Shown: positions 10,301 to 19,149 of the stretch, piece by piece
How the letters are laid out: each line of letters starts with the position of its first letter
How positions within the stretch are numbered: the first letter of the stretch is position 1
DNA from: Bacteroidota bacterium
GTDB taxonomy: Bacteria; Bacteroidota; Bacteroidia; NS11-12g; UBA955
Direction: 5' to 3'
Assembly (NCBI GenBank): GCA_016787485.1
Contig: JAEUUL010000005.1
Coordinates: forward strand, 5,588-69,587
Length of the DNA: 64,000 nucleotides
Position numbers and translations under genes: made by a program
Notes under the pieces: generated by a model
The model's input: the letters and a program-made list of their open reading frames with translations, nothing else
What the model was told of the DNA's origin: nothing
Database searches by the model: none

Positions 10301-10759
10301 GAAATGCTCATCCCTTCAGACTATGTATCCAATATTGCAGAACGTCTGAGTCTGTACAGTGAATTGTCTGATATTGACCAGGAAACCGCTTTGCTGGAGT
10401 TTGGTGACAACCTGCGGGACCGTTTTGGCAAAATTCCCGAACCTGTTATCCGCTTAATGGATACCATGCGGTTGAAATGGGCCGGTAAAAAACTGGGTAT
10501 AGAAAAAATCACCCTGAACAACAGCAGTATGCGGTTGTATTTTCCCGGAGATCCGGCGGCAGCCATTTATTCCAGCACCCTGTTTGACAGAATTATGCAA
10601 CATGTGGCAGAATCCCCGCATAAATACATTCTGAAACAAACCGACAAAGCACTGATTCTGACTGTGCGCAGTGTGGAGACCGTATTCGAAGCAATCTATG
10701 TGATTCAGAATATGGAAACCGGTGCACAACCCGACCGGGTGATTATCTCGTCAAACTGA
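7391..10759 (+). CDS. mfd: transcription-repair coupling factor
   Basis: 1122-aa ORF with a GTG start. It has a UvrB-like N-terminus, a CarD/TRCF domain (YVTHMDHGIGRF) and SF2 helicase motifs (GDVGFGKTEVA, DEEQKFG, QMRGRVGRS). Confidence 0.93.
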   Translation: MNTRDILHRFGQTEPVRQLQQLLLSSDSNTVYLEGICGSGPAMILSSLFLQEGCPALVILPDKEEALHFKTDLENMLPGEHILFLPDSCLKPYKMATENAMSVQERIETLNALRKKNRRLIVSYGAAVAELVVESAELEKNAFDIQRGQQLSLDFLLEFLQENGFEREDFTFEPGQFSLRGGIVDVFSFAHEHPFRIELDGDVIESIRTYDVNSQLSLKEMAAFTLVPDVQQEGRALRTADFFSYISQDCQIWVVEPGLQTEELALAWEKALQEHTTALDLGADKQMPDPRQRLLTPATLRSRMGNHRMIYMGGERPPQPFARVGFAQQPQPLFKRNFDLLTAWLKENAAQGIETLVFSENSRQIERLQTILTDLQAGTSFHPVYQGLSSGFTDLDAKLAFATEHQLFDKYYRPRSRQRYSSNTALTLRELKNLKPGDYVTHMDHGIGRFAGLEKMEMNGVVQEAVRLVYKDNDLLYVSVNSLHKIARFSGKEGTVPTMHKLGSPAWEKQKKATKKKVKDIARELISLYARRKNQKGFAYAPDNYLQLELEASFFYEDTPDQAKATEDVKRDMEDAKPMDRLVCGDVGFGKTEVAMRAAFKAVCDSKQVAVLVPTTILAQQHYRTFSKRFAGFPVTVEYLNRFKSAKEQKDTLKKVKEGKVDVLIGTHRLLGKDLEFKDLGLLIIDEEQKFGVGAKEKLKELRVNVDTLTLTATPIPRTLHFSLMGARDLSVINTAPPNRQPVHTELHTFNREIIAEAVSHEIHRGGQVFFIHSRVKDIHEMAHMIEDAVPGARVVVAHGQMEGHQLEDAMVRFVEGEFDVLVATTIIESGLDIANANTIIINNAHMFGLSDLHQMRGRVGRSNVKAYCYLLSPPLSVLPEDARKRLRTITEYNELGSGFQVAMRDLDIRGAGNLLGGEQSGFINEMGFEMYHKILDEAVRELKHEEFNTLFEEDETDVSSRECQVETDYEMLIPSDYVSNIAERLSLYSELSDIDQETALLEFGDNLRDRFGKIPEPVIRLMDTMRLKWAGKKLGIEKITLNNSSMRLYFPGDPAAAIYSSTLFDRIMQHVAESPHKYILKQTDKALILTVRSVETVFEAIYVIQNMETGAQPDRVIISSN

Positions 10760-10763
10760 TGTC

Positions 10764-12239
10764 CTATTTGCCTATGGCAAATGAAATTCCAAAGAAAGCA
10801 CCGGTTTTAAAGGTTTTCTGTGTGGTTGGTTCCACATAGTCATTGGCCAGTTTGTCGCCAATTTTCAATCCTTTGCTCAGGCCGGGTAACTGGCCTACCG
10901 CGAGTCCGGCATTGATTACCACCTTGTTTGCGGCACCCAATATGGCACTGCCCCCCAGAAAGAAATTCAGGCTGCTGGTTCCTTCGGACTGCACAGGCAA
11001 TCCCACACCGAAACTGCCACCCAAATGGGCATTGTGGCCCACATATGGATAGAAATTGACAAAGGTGCTGATGCAGGGTGAGAAGTTGTTGCCGGGAGTG
11101 CCGGTGATTACAGAATCGCGGTTGCTGTAGATTTTGTTGTTGCCAAAGTAGGTAGGAAAGCCCAATCCGATACTGGTATTGATTTTCATATCACCGCGAA
11201 CCATCACATTCATGGATTTGGTGCGGATTTTTCTGAGGGTGTCCACAAAATCTCCGCCAGGATGCGCATAGCCCATGGTGCGGTTGTAGCGTGATGATTC
11301 GAAAAAATCCAGGGTAAGGCTTACCATATCGCCGGTAGCCATGTAGTCGCAATTGTATTTATAAGGAGTGTAGGTAATACTTTCATACTGCTCTTCCAGC
11401 AGATCTACATACTTGCTGATAGAATCCGCTGTGTAACGTTCCTTTAGCAGTTTGGCTTTTTCCTGCAAATCCCGGACTTTCTTGTCCAGCCCGATTTCTG
11501 CCACATTGCCTGTATTGCTGGCGGAAAACTGATTGTAATAGGATATAAGGCTGTTTGCGTTGGTGTTTAATATATCCAGCTTGTCATTCATGCCGGAACT
11601 GATGTTGTTGCTCAGATTCATAAAGGTGGTGGCACTGATATACTGAGGCAGATTGTCGCTGTTGCTCACCGGATACAAGGACCGGAGTACCATCTGACGG
11701 GCAAGGTTTTTGAGGGTATCTCCCGGCATGTAAGGGTTGTATTTCAGACTTTTCAATTTTGCAGTGGCCATGCGAATGTTGTTCACCGATACATCTATCT
11801 GGTACAGGTTGTTATAGCTTTCCAGCACATTGTCAAAAGCCACCCGGGCAAATGGGTTGTCTTTGAGCAGACTGGGTGCCCCGCCCCGTTCCTTGGCGTC
11901 TTCCGGCGTTTCCATTTTCAGGGCTGTGAGCAGTTTGCCTATTCCTCCGCCAGGCATGGTTACCCCCGGGAGTATGCTGCTGATTGCACTGATGGTACTG
12001 CTGCTGTTGTCATCCACCACTTCCTTTTTCCAGTTGCAGCGCGCAACGTATACAAATGGATTCATATTGTCCACTTCAACACGTACCTGATAATTACGTT
12101 TGATAACCGGTTGTTTCACTTCCTTGTTTCCCTGAAAGAAATGGTACTCATCGGTGAGGAAATTGTACCGGATGGTGAGGTCCTGAGCTTGTGCTGAAAT
12201 AGCGCCAAACAGGAGTGCAATGGGTATGAGCCGTTTCAT
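10764..12239 (-). CDS. hypothetical secreted / outer-membrane protein
   Basis: 491-aa ORF with a signal peptide (ALLFGAISAQAQ) and a Gly-rich, beta-strand-like C-terminal third. I recognise no family. Confidence 0.5.
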   Translation of the reverse strand: MKRLIPIALLFGAISAQAQDLTIRYNFLTDEYHFFQGNKEVKQPVIKRNYQVRVEVDNMNPFVYVARCNWKKEVVDDNSSSTISAISSILPGVTMPGGGIGKLLTALKMETPEDAKERGGAPSLLKDNPFARVAFDNVLESYNNLYQIDVSVNNIRMATAKLKSLKYNPYMPGDTLKNLARQMVLRSLYPVSNSDNLPQYISATTFMNLSNNISSGMNDKLDILNTNANSLISYYNQFSASNTGNVAEIGLDKKVRDLQEKAKLLKERYTADSISKYVDLLEEQYESITYTPYKYNCDYMATGDMVSLTLDFFESSRYNRTMGYAHPGGDFVDTLRKIRTKSMNVMVRGDMKINTSIGLGFPTYFGNNKIYSNRDSVITGTPGNNFSPCISTFVNFYPYVGHNAHLGGSFGVGLPVQSEGTSSLNFFLGGSAILGAANKVVINAGLAVGQLPGLSKGLKIGDKLANDYVEPTTQKTFKTGAFFGISFAIGK

Positions 12240-12338
12240 AATCGTTTTCGAATATATAGTGTTGAATCCGTTTTGTCATACAAATGTAAATGCGAATTCG
12301 CCGTTTATTCATCGCAGGCACTCCTTTAACTTCGCAAA

Positions 12339-13802
12339 ATGCAGAGTGGGTGGAAAAACCGGATTTGGTTTTGGGCCGGACCGGTAGTGGGTCTTTTGTT
12401 TCCTGTTTTCGTGCAACTGGACCCTGTCCACCCTGCAGTTTCGGCAATGGCAGGCATTACAATGTGGATGGCGGTATGGTGGCTTTCTGAGGTTGTTCAT
12501 CTGGCTGTTACATCACTCATCCCACTTATTTTCCTTCCGCTGCTGGGCATAGCCGATGCCAAAATGGTGGCATGGCAATACATGGATCAGGTTATCTTTC
12601 TGTTTATCGGGGGATTTCTTCTGGCTTTTTCCATTGAAAAGTGGGGGCTGCATCAGCGCATAGCTTTGTTTATCCTGTCCCGTTTGGGAAAGTCGGTAAA
12701 CTGGGTCCTGTTTGGTGTCATGGGCACAGCATGGCTGCTGAGTATGTGGATTTCAAATACAGCAACGGTGATGATGCTTCTGTCTGCCGTTTCTGCCATC
12801 ATACTGCAGGTGGAATTGCATGTGGAACCCGGACAGCATAAACGCACTGCAAGGGCTTTTTTGCTGGGACTTGCCTATGCTGCCACCATAGGTGGTATGG
12901 CAACTTTGGTGGGTACTCCCCCCAATATGGTATTTTATAAAGAATATCAGGAGGCATTTCCGGAAAGGCACGACATGGACTTCGCCAGTTGGTTCGCCAT
13001 AGGTTTTCCGGTATCACTTGTCTTCTTGTGCTTCGCATTTTTTCTTTTGCAGAAAATATTTCTGGGAAAAAACGGGAGTGCCCGGTTCGACAGGAAAAGT
13101 TTCTATTCCGGACTTAAATCCCTCGGAAGAATGACACGTGACCAAAAGGTGGTTCTGTTGGTCTTTTTTGTCACCGTATTGCTTTGGTTTACACGGGAAC
13201 CTCTCGTTTTGGGTCGTTTGCATTTGCCGGGTTGGTCCGGTTTCTTTCCCGGTGGCAGGTTTGTATTGGATAGCACAGTTGCAGTTGCTATGGCATTTTT
13301 ACTCTTTTTCATACCCTCCAAAGGACAAAAAGGACAGAATTTGCTCAGCTGGGAAGAAATCAATCGCTTGCCCCTCGATATTATTTTTCTGTTTGGTTCC
13401 GGGTTTGCACTGGCAAAAGGATTCGAACTGTCTGGCTTGAGTGCCTGGTTGGCCGGCAGGCTGGCAGGAATGCAGGACGGTGGTATATTGTTGTTGATAT
13501 TGGGGATATGTGTTGTTGTTACAATCATTAGTGAATTTGCCTCAAATGTGGCCAGCATTCAGTTGGCTTTGCCTGTACTTATAAGCATGCAACAGGTTTT
13601 GCAGGTGCATCCACTTCTGTTGATGGTTCCCGCGACACTTGCCGCCTCTCTGGGTTTCATGCTGCCAGTGGCTACCGCACCCAATACCATTGTGTTTGGC
13701 ACCGGGCATCTGCGCGTGAAGGATATGATGAAGGCTGGATTATGGCTGGATATCGCCGGAATTCTGCTGATTACCGGATTTGTATATGTGCTGGTGAGGT
13801 AG
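12339..13802 (+). CDS. SLC13/DASS family anion:sodium symporter
   Basis: 487-aa polytopic membrane protein with the duplicated SNT motifs of DASS carriers (WISNTATVMMLL and SNVASIQLALP). Confidence 0.8.
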   Translation: MQSGWKNRIWFWAGPVVGLLFPVFVQLDPVHPAVSAMAGITMWMAVWWLSEVVHLAVTSLIPLIFLPLLGIADAKMVAWQYMDQVIFLFIGGFLLAFSIEKWGLHQRIALFILSRLGKSVNWVLFGVMGTAWLLSMWISNTATVMMLLSAVSAIILQVELHVEPGQHKRTARAFLLGLAYAATIGGMATLVGTPPNMVFYKEYQEAFPERHDMDFASWFAIGFPVSLVFLCFAFFLLQKIFLGKNGSARFDRKSFYSGLKSLGRMTRDQKVVLLVFFVTVLLWFTREPLVLGRLHLPGWSGFFPGGRFVLDSTVAVAMAFLLFFIPSKGQKGQNLLSWEEINRLPLDIIFLFGSGFALAKGFELSGLSAWLAGRLAGMQDGGILLLILGICVVVTIISEFASNVASIQLALPVLISMQQVLQVHPLLLMVPATLAASLGFMLPVATAPNTIVFGTGHLRVKDMMKAGLWLDIAGILLITGFVYVLVR

Positions 13803-13812
13803 GATGAGGGAT

Positions 13813-13853
13813 TACCGCTGCACTGTCGTTTGCGGTAGAAGTTGTTTGTTTAC
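13813..13853 (+). terminator. candidate intrinsic terminator of the DASS transporter gene
   Basis: The TACCGC...GCGGTA hairpin lies 11 nt after the stop and is followed by the T-rich run GTTGTTTGTTT. The loop is long, so the prediction is weak. Confidence 0.3.
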
Positions 13854-14040
13854 GTTATCAACTGCCTTCGGCACTTGATGGACGATGTAAATTTGTCAGT
13901 AGGGGTTACAGCTGCATTGTCGTTTGCGGTGATCCCGTTGGGGGGGGGCTAAATCCAATGAACCCATTGCCTTCGGCAATGGTGTTTTGAAGGGCCCTGC
14001 CTTCGCTTGATCCCTTCGGGCTCAGACTCGGTTGGAGCCT

Positions 14041-14069
14041 TCAAAACAAAACCCCGCTGTCGCGGGGTT
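14041..14069 (-). terminator. intrinsic terminator downstream of tRNA-Ser
   Basis: The minus strand reads AACCCCGC-gaca-GCGGGGTT followed by TTGTTTTGA. It lies 13 nt past the tRNA 3' end. Confidence 0.6.
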
Positions 14070-14082
14070 GTTCATTGGGTTG

Positions 14083-14167
14083 CGGAGAGGGAGGGATTCG
14101 AACCCCCGGAGGTTTAACCCTCAACGGTTTTCAAGACCGCCGCATTCGACCACTCTGCCACCTCTCC
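14083..14167 (-). tRNA. tRNA-Ser (anticodon UGA)
   Basis: The reverse complement is GGAGAGGTGGCAGAGTGGTCGAATGCGGCGGTCTTGAAAACCGTTGAGGGTTAAACCTCCGGGGGTTCGAATCCCTCCCTCTCCG. It shows a 7-bp acceptor stem, a CT-TGA-AA anticodon loop, a long variable arm and a GGTTCGAATCC T-loop. No CCA is encoded. Confidence 0.9.
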
Positions 14168-14263
14168 GTGGTTTGTCAAACAGGGGTGCAAAAATACACT
14201 TTTCATCCTCCGGCCGCAACAGACGGTTTGATGGTTTTCAAAAAAAAAAACTTTTTTCAAACA

Positions 14264-14294
14264 TTTGTTTAAACGAATGTTGTTTGTATCTTTG
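14264..14294 (+). promoter_or_regulatory. candidate Bacteroidota sigma-A promoter for the yceI-like gene
   Basis: TTTG at 14264-14267 and TATCTTTG (matching TAnnTTTG) at 14287-14294 are separated by 19 bp. The -7 element ends 24 nt upstream of the ATG. Confidence 0.4.
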
Positions 14295-14317
14295 TACCAC
14301 AATTCAAACCAATATAT

Positions 14318-14869
14318 ATGGAAAATCTAACAAACTGGGTAATTGACCCCTCGCACAGCGAAATCGCTTTTCGCGTAAAACACCTCATGATTTCCCGCGT
14401 TAAGGGAGTATTTGGCACCTACCAGGCACAGGTTCAAACCAATGGCGACGATTTCTCCACCGCTTCGGTAAACTTTACAGCAGACACTGCCAGTATTGAT
14501 ACAGGCGACGTTAACCGCGACGGCCATGTGCGCAGTGCAGATTTCTTCGATTGTGAAAAATTCCCCCACCTGTCTTTTCAAGGCAAAGGGTTGACCAAGG
14601 TAGATGGCGCAAACCGCTACGCCATTACTGGCGATCTTACGATCAAAGGCACTACCAAACCGGTTACACTGAATGTAACACTGGAAGGGGTTATGAAAGA
14701 CCCATGGGGCAATTTGAAAGCCGGTGTTTCTGTTGAAGGAACGATCAACCGCAAAGAATTTGGACTGGAGTGGAATACCCCACTGGATGGCGGTGGATTT
14801 CTGCTGGCCGACGATGTGCACATACTCTGTGAGGTTCAGCTGCTCAAGGCTGAAACGGCTGCTGCCTGA
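14318..14869 (+). CDS. YceI-family polyisoprenoid-binding protein
   Basis: 183-aa ORF with WVIDPSHSEIAFRVKHLMISRVKGVFG and DTGDVNRDGHVRSADFFD, both typical of YceI-like proteins. Confidence 0.85.
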   Translation: MENLTNWVIDPSHSEIAFRVKHLMISRVKGVFGTYQAQVQTNGDDFSTASVNFTADTASIDTGDVNRDGHVRSADFFDCEKFPHLSFQGKGLTKVDGANRYAITGDLTIKGTTKPVTLNVTLEGVMKDPWGNLKAGVSVEGTINRKEFGLEWNTPLDGGGFLLADDVHILCEVQLLKAETAAA

Positions 14870-14895
14870 TCCTTTACGTCAAAATGAATTTTGTG

Positions 14896-14930
14896 TTCCT
14901 CCGGGTTATTTTCCCGGAGGAATTTTTTTA
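14896..14930 (+). terminator. intrinsic terminator after the yceI-like gene
   Basis: TTCCTCCGGG-ttatttt-CCCGGAGGAA forms a 10-bp stem and is followed by TTTTTTTAT. Confidence 0.75.
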
Positions 14931-15064
14931 TTCAGGCTTAATGGTAAATTCAAAACAGGGATTCGTAAAGTCAAAAGGGGGTTTGGGAACATTGTGGACT
15001 AATATCGGTTGTACAAGTTTAATTTGGTTTGTTGCTTTGCATAAGATTCCAGTCAGTTCATTAT

Positions 15065-15379
15065 ATGAAAATAATTTTAAAAAATAACGCTGTACTGGAT
15101 AAAGTTAAAGATTTGATTTTGAGCAAAGGTGAAGTGATGGACCATTCTGAACATGAGCATTTACCGGGATGTGAACCGGTGAAACGGGTAATTGAGGATT
15201 TGAAAAATCTGGGTTTCAATCTGGAGGAACACAGAGTCAGTGATTTTCAGGAATTGTATTTTCGCATACATGGCAACAGCCACCTCATTAAGCATATTGA
15301 CCTCACCGGTTTTCAGCGTGTGGACAATAAACTCATTTGCGATTGCCACTGGAGCACCGTAGAAATCAAACACATTTAA
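15065..15379 (+). CDS. hypothetical small protein
   Basis: The ORF trimmed to the ATG at 15065 (MKIILKNNAV...) is 104 aa and relatively AT-rich. I recognise no family. Confidence 0.35.
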   Translation: MKIILKNNAVLDKVKDLILSKGEVMDHSEHEHLPGCEPVKRVIEDLKNLGFNLEEHRVSDFQELYFRIHGNSHLIKHIDLTGFQRVDNKLICDCHWSTVEIKHI

Positions 15380-15424
15380 GGTTTCCTTTCACCCTCGGGG
15401 GATTGATTGTAATTTCGCCAGACT

Positions 15425-17878
15425 GTGTCTGAACGGCTCACCCTTTTTGCTCAGGTATTGCTGCCGCTTCCTATTGAGGGAACTTATACCTACCGTGTAC
15501 CCTATGAATGGAATGATTTGGTGCGCATGGGTCAGCGTGTCGTTGTTCAGTTCGGTTCACGTAAAATTTACAGTGGAATTATTACTGCATTCACCGAAAC
15601 CCCACCTGATAAGTATGCAGCCCAGTATCTGCTCGAATTGCCCGACACGGAAATCCTCGTAAATCCGCATCAACTGGCCTTTTGGGACTGGATTCACTCT
15701 TATTATATGTGTCACCTGGGTGAAGTAATGGCCTCGGCCCTGCCTGCAGGCTACCGCATTCAAAGCGAAACCATGCTGGTTCTGAATCCGGAATTTGATG
15801 AAACCGAAACCCTGGAACTGGATGAAAAAGAATGGTTGATTCTTTCCGCATTGCAAAAGCACAGAGAAATTTCGGTAGATGATGCAGCAAGAACAATAGG
15901 GCAGAAGTCAGCGGTAAAATATATTAAGTCACTCTTCTTGCGCGGAATCCTCAGTGTTAAGGAAGAACTGGCCAATACATTCAAGCCCCGCATGGAGGAA
16001 TACTTCCGCCTGGTTCCGGAATGGAAGGATGAGGATTTTGCCAGAAACACGCTTGAAAAACTTGAAAAAAGAGCACCCAAACAGGCGGACGCTGCTATGT
16101 TGTTGCTGGGGTTTGGACAAAAAGAGCTCACATTCCGGGAGTTAAGCACCCGTGGAAGTATTGAACGGTCTCACCTCAGGAGCCTGATAAACAAAGGCCT
16201 GCTAATCCGGGAGAAAAGGGAAGTGGATCGCATTGCGGCCGGCACAGGATCTGCAGATTTTGAACTGACACCGGACCAGCGAAATTGCGTTGCAGAAATT
16301 CAGCAGGCTTTTCAGGAGCACAAGCCGGTTTTATTGCATGGGGTTACCGGCAGTGGAAAAACCTTTGTCTACATGGATTGTATCCGGCAGGCCCTTGAAG
16401 CGGGTCAGCAGGTGCTGTACCTCATTCCCGAAGTAGCACTTACAGAACACCTGGTGCAGAGGCTTTCTGTGTTCTTCGGCACGGAGATGGCCGTGTGGCA
16501 TAACTTTTATTCCATGCAGGAACGCACCGAATTGTATGAGAAGATAAAAGCAGGAAAACTGAACCTGGTCATTGGTCCCAGGTCGGCTTTATTCGCGCCG
16601 TTTTCAGATTTGGGACTCATCGTGATTGATGAGGAGCACGAAAACTCATTCAAGCAATTCGAAAAACGCCCACATTACCATGCCAGAGATGCGGCCCTGC
16701 AACTGGCATTGCTGCATAAGTGCAAGGTCCTGCTGGGTTCTGCCACTCCTTCCTACGAATCACTGGAGGCGGTGAACCGGGGCAAATGGCATAAAGTGGA
16801 ATTGAATGCGAGGTTTAATCCCGTTCCGGCTCCCAAAATTCTCCTTGTACACATTGGCGAAGCCAAAAGGCAAAACCGCATGAAGGGGGTCTTCTCACTG
16901 GCATTGCTCGAAGCCATCCAACAGTCTTTGGATAAAAAGGAACAGATACTGGTTTATCAGAACCGCAAAGGATATGTGCCCTTCATTACCTGCGATTTCT
17001 GTGCACATACATCGCATTGTATTAACTGCGATATCACTCTTACCTATTATAAAGCCGGTAATCAGCAAAAATGCGGATACTGTGGTTATACGCAGGAACC
17101 TCCGGTACAGTGTCCGGCTTGTGGTAGCGGCAGCATGAGTATGCGTGGCTTTGGTACAGAACGTATCGCAGAAGAATTGTCGGTCATTTTCCCGGATTTG
17201 CGCATCAGCCGGCTTGATCAGGAAAGCTTGAAAAAACGCAGCGATTTTCAGCAAATTCTCAATGGCTTTGCCAATGGAGAAATCGACATTTTAGTGGGTA
17301 CCCAACTGCTAAGCAAGGGTCTGGATTTCAGCAATGTGGGGCTTGTGGCTGTGCCGGATGCAGATATGCTGCTGGGAATTCCTGATTTCAGAACAACAGA
17401 AAGGGCTTTTCAGCAATTGTATCAGGTCCGCGGCAGGGCAGGCCGTGGCAGCTTCCAGGGCACTATGTTGATTCAAACATCACAGGTTTCACACCCGGTC
17501 ATTCAGGCTGTTTACGAAGACGATTTTTATGGACTGGCCAAACAGGAACTGGCATCCCGTAAAGAATATGCATACCCTCCATATAGCCGGCTAATCCGCA
17601 TTACGCTGAAACACAAAGACCTGCATACCTGCCGCAAAGCAGCAGAAATTTACGGGGACTTGTTGCGCCCGGCCCTGAACAAAAGAATGCTCGGCCCGCA
17701 GGCTCCTTCCGTTTCCCGTATCCGCAACTGGCACCTCCAGCAAATTCTGGTGAAAATGGACCGCGACCATGACAATATCCCCAAAATCAAACAATTTCTG
17801 CAGGACAAGGCCCGGTTACTCCAGAAATCTGAGGGTTTGCGAAGTACCGTTGTAGACTTCGATGTTGATCCCGCTTAA
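15425..17878 (+). CDS. priA: primosomal protein N' (replication restart helicase)
   Basis: 817-aa ORF with Walker A GVTGSGKT, DEEHE and Cys-rich zinc-binding inserts (CDFCAHTSHCINCD...CGYCGY...CPACGS). Confidence 0.93.
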   Translation: MSERLTLFAQVLLPLPIEGTYTYRVPYEWNDLVRMGQRVVVQFGSRKIYSGIITAFTETPPDKYAAQYLLELPDTEILVNPHQLAFWDWIHSYYMCHLGEVMASALPAGYRIQSETMLVLNPEFDETETLELDEKEWLILSALQKHREISVDDAARTIGQKSAVKYIKSLFLRGILSVKEELANTFKPRMEEYFRLVPEWKDEDFARNTLEKLEKRAPKQADAAMLLLGFGQKELTFRELSTRGSIERSHLRSLINKGLLIREKREVDRIAAGTGSADFELTPDQRNCVAEIQQAFQEHKPVLLHGVTGSGKTFVYMDCIRQALEAGQQVLYLIPEVALTEHLVQRLSVFFGTEMAVWHNFYSMQERTELYEKIKAGKLNLVIGPRSALFAPFSDLGLIVIDEEHENSFKQFEKRPHYHARDAALQLALLHKCKVLLGSATPSYESLEAVNRGKWHKVELNARFNPVPAPKILLVHIGEAKRQNRMKGVFSLALLEAIQQSLDKKEQILVYQNRKGYVPFITCDFCAHTSHCINCDITLTYYKAGNQQKCGYCGYTQEPPVQCPACGSGSMSMRGFGTERIAEELSVIFPDLRISRLDQESLKKRSDFQQILNGFANGEIDILVGTQLLSKGLDFSNVGLVAVPDADMLLGIPDFRTTERAFQQLYQVRGRAGRGSFQGTMLIQTSQVSHPVIQAVYEDDFYGLAKQELASRKEYAYPPYSRLIRITLKHKDLHTCRKAAEIYGDLLRPALNKRMLGPQAPSVSRIRNWHLQQILVKMDRDHDNIPKIKQFLQDKARLLQKSEGLRSTVVDFDVDPA

Positions 17879-17940
17879 CACTTTCAGCGCTGACATTTTC
17901 ATTTTCCCCGTTTATTTGCTTATTTTGAACTTCTTTTTCA

Positions 17941-19065
17941 ATGGAAACCCTAGAACTCACCTCACAAGACACAGACCTCGATTTTCTGCCCTTAAATGGC
18001 ACTGACCATATCGAATTCTTTGTAGGTAATGCCAAACAAAGCGCATACTATTACCAGAAAGCCTGGGGATACAAACTTGTGGCCTATGCCGGTCCTGAAA
18101 CCGGAGTGCGCGACCGGGCCAGCTATGTGCTTCAGCAGAACAAAGTACGCCTCGTTCTCACAGCAAGCATGCACCCAGACACAGAAATCAGTCAGCACTG
18201 CAACCAACATGGCGACGGTGTGAAATTTCTGAGCCTGTGGGTGGATGACGCCACCAAAAGCTTTGAAGAAACCGTAAAACGCGGAGCAAAACCCCATACC
18301 TATCCCACACGCATGGAAGATGAACACGGATGGGTGGTTGTTTCCGCCATACACACCTATGGCGATACCGTTCACCGCTTCGTTGAAAGATCCAATTACA
18401 ATGGTCCCTTTCTACCTGGTTACAAAGCCGTGGAAAATGCCATGGAAGTGGAACCCGTAGGGATCAAACATGTTGACCACTGTGTGGGCAATGTGGAACT
18501 GGGTGAAATGAACACCTGGGTGAAATTCTATGAAGATGTGATGGGATTCAAACTCCTGCTCACTTTCGACGATAAAGACATTTCCACTGAGTACAGCGCA
18601 CTCATGAGCAAGGTTGTGAGCAATGGCAACGGCTATGTGAAATTCCCTATCAACGAACCTGCAAACGGACGCAAAAAATCACAGATAGAAGAGTATATCG
18701 AATTCTATCATGGCCCGGGCTGTCAGCACGTGGCGCTGGAAACCTACGATATACTTGCCACCGTGGGCGAATTGCGCCGCCGTGGTGTGGATTTTCTGTA
18801 TGTGCCCGATTCCTATTATGACGAAGTTTTGGACAGGGTAGGGCAGATTGACGAGAATCTCGAAGACCTGAAAAAACTGAATATCCTGATAGACCGCGAT
18901 GACGAGGGTTACCTCTTGCAGATTTTTACCAAACCTGTAGAAGACCGCCCCACTTTGTTTTATGAAATCATCCAGCGTAAGGGTGCCAAAAGTTTTGGCA
19001 AAGGCAATTTCAAAGCCTTGTTTGAAAGCATTGAACGTGAACAGGAAATCCGGGGAAATTTATAA
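17941..19065 (+). CDS. hppD: 4-hydroxyphenylpyruvate dioxygenase
   Basis: 374-aa ORF with two VOC barrels. It carries HIEFFVGNAKQSAYYY and a C-terminus (EIIQRKGAKSFGKGNFKALFESIEREQEIRGNL) characteristic of HPPD. Confidence 0.9.
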   Translation: METLELTSQDTDLDFLPLNGTDHIEFFVGNAKQSAYYYQKAWGYKLVAYAGPETGVRDRASYVLQQNKVRLVLTASMHPDTEISQHCNQHGDGVKFLSLWVDDATKSFEETVKRGAKPHTYPTRMEDEHGWVVVSAIHTYGDTVHRFVERSNYNGPFLPGYKAVENAMEVEPVGIKHVDHCVGNVELGEMNTWVKFYEDVMGFKLLLTFDDKDISTEYSALMSKVVSNGNGYVKFPINEPANGRKKSQIEEYIEFYHGPGCQHVALETYDILATVGELRRRGVDFLYVPDSYYDEVLDRVGQIDENLEDLKKLNILIDRDDEGYLLQIFTKPVEDRPTLFYEIIQRKGAKSFGKGNFKALFESIEREQEIRGNL

Positions 19066-19110
19066 TTCCTGCTTCCAGCATTCAGAACAGCATTCAATCC
19101 ATCGTTTTAC

Positions 19111-19142
19111 AAAGGGCCTCAGGAGGCCCTTTGTGTTTTTTG
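19111..19142 (+). terminator. intrinsic terminator between the convergent hppD and membrane-protein genes
   Basis: AAAGGGCCTC-agg-AGGCCCTTT is followed by GTGTTTTTTG. Confidence 0.7.
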
Positions 19143-19149
19143 CAAAAGT

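Noticed and set aside
14032-14346. ORFs overlapping the tRNA-Ser gene: 14032-14346 (+), 14075-14272 (+) and 14114-14302 (-).
   Set aside because: They read through a well-formed tRNA and its terminator, so they are spurious.
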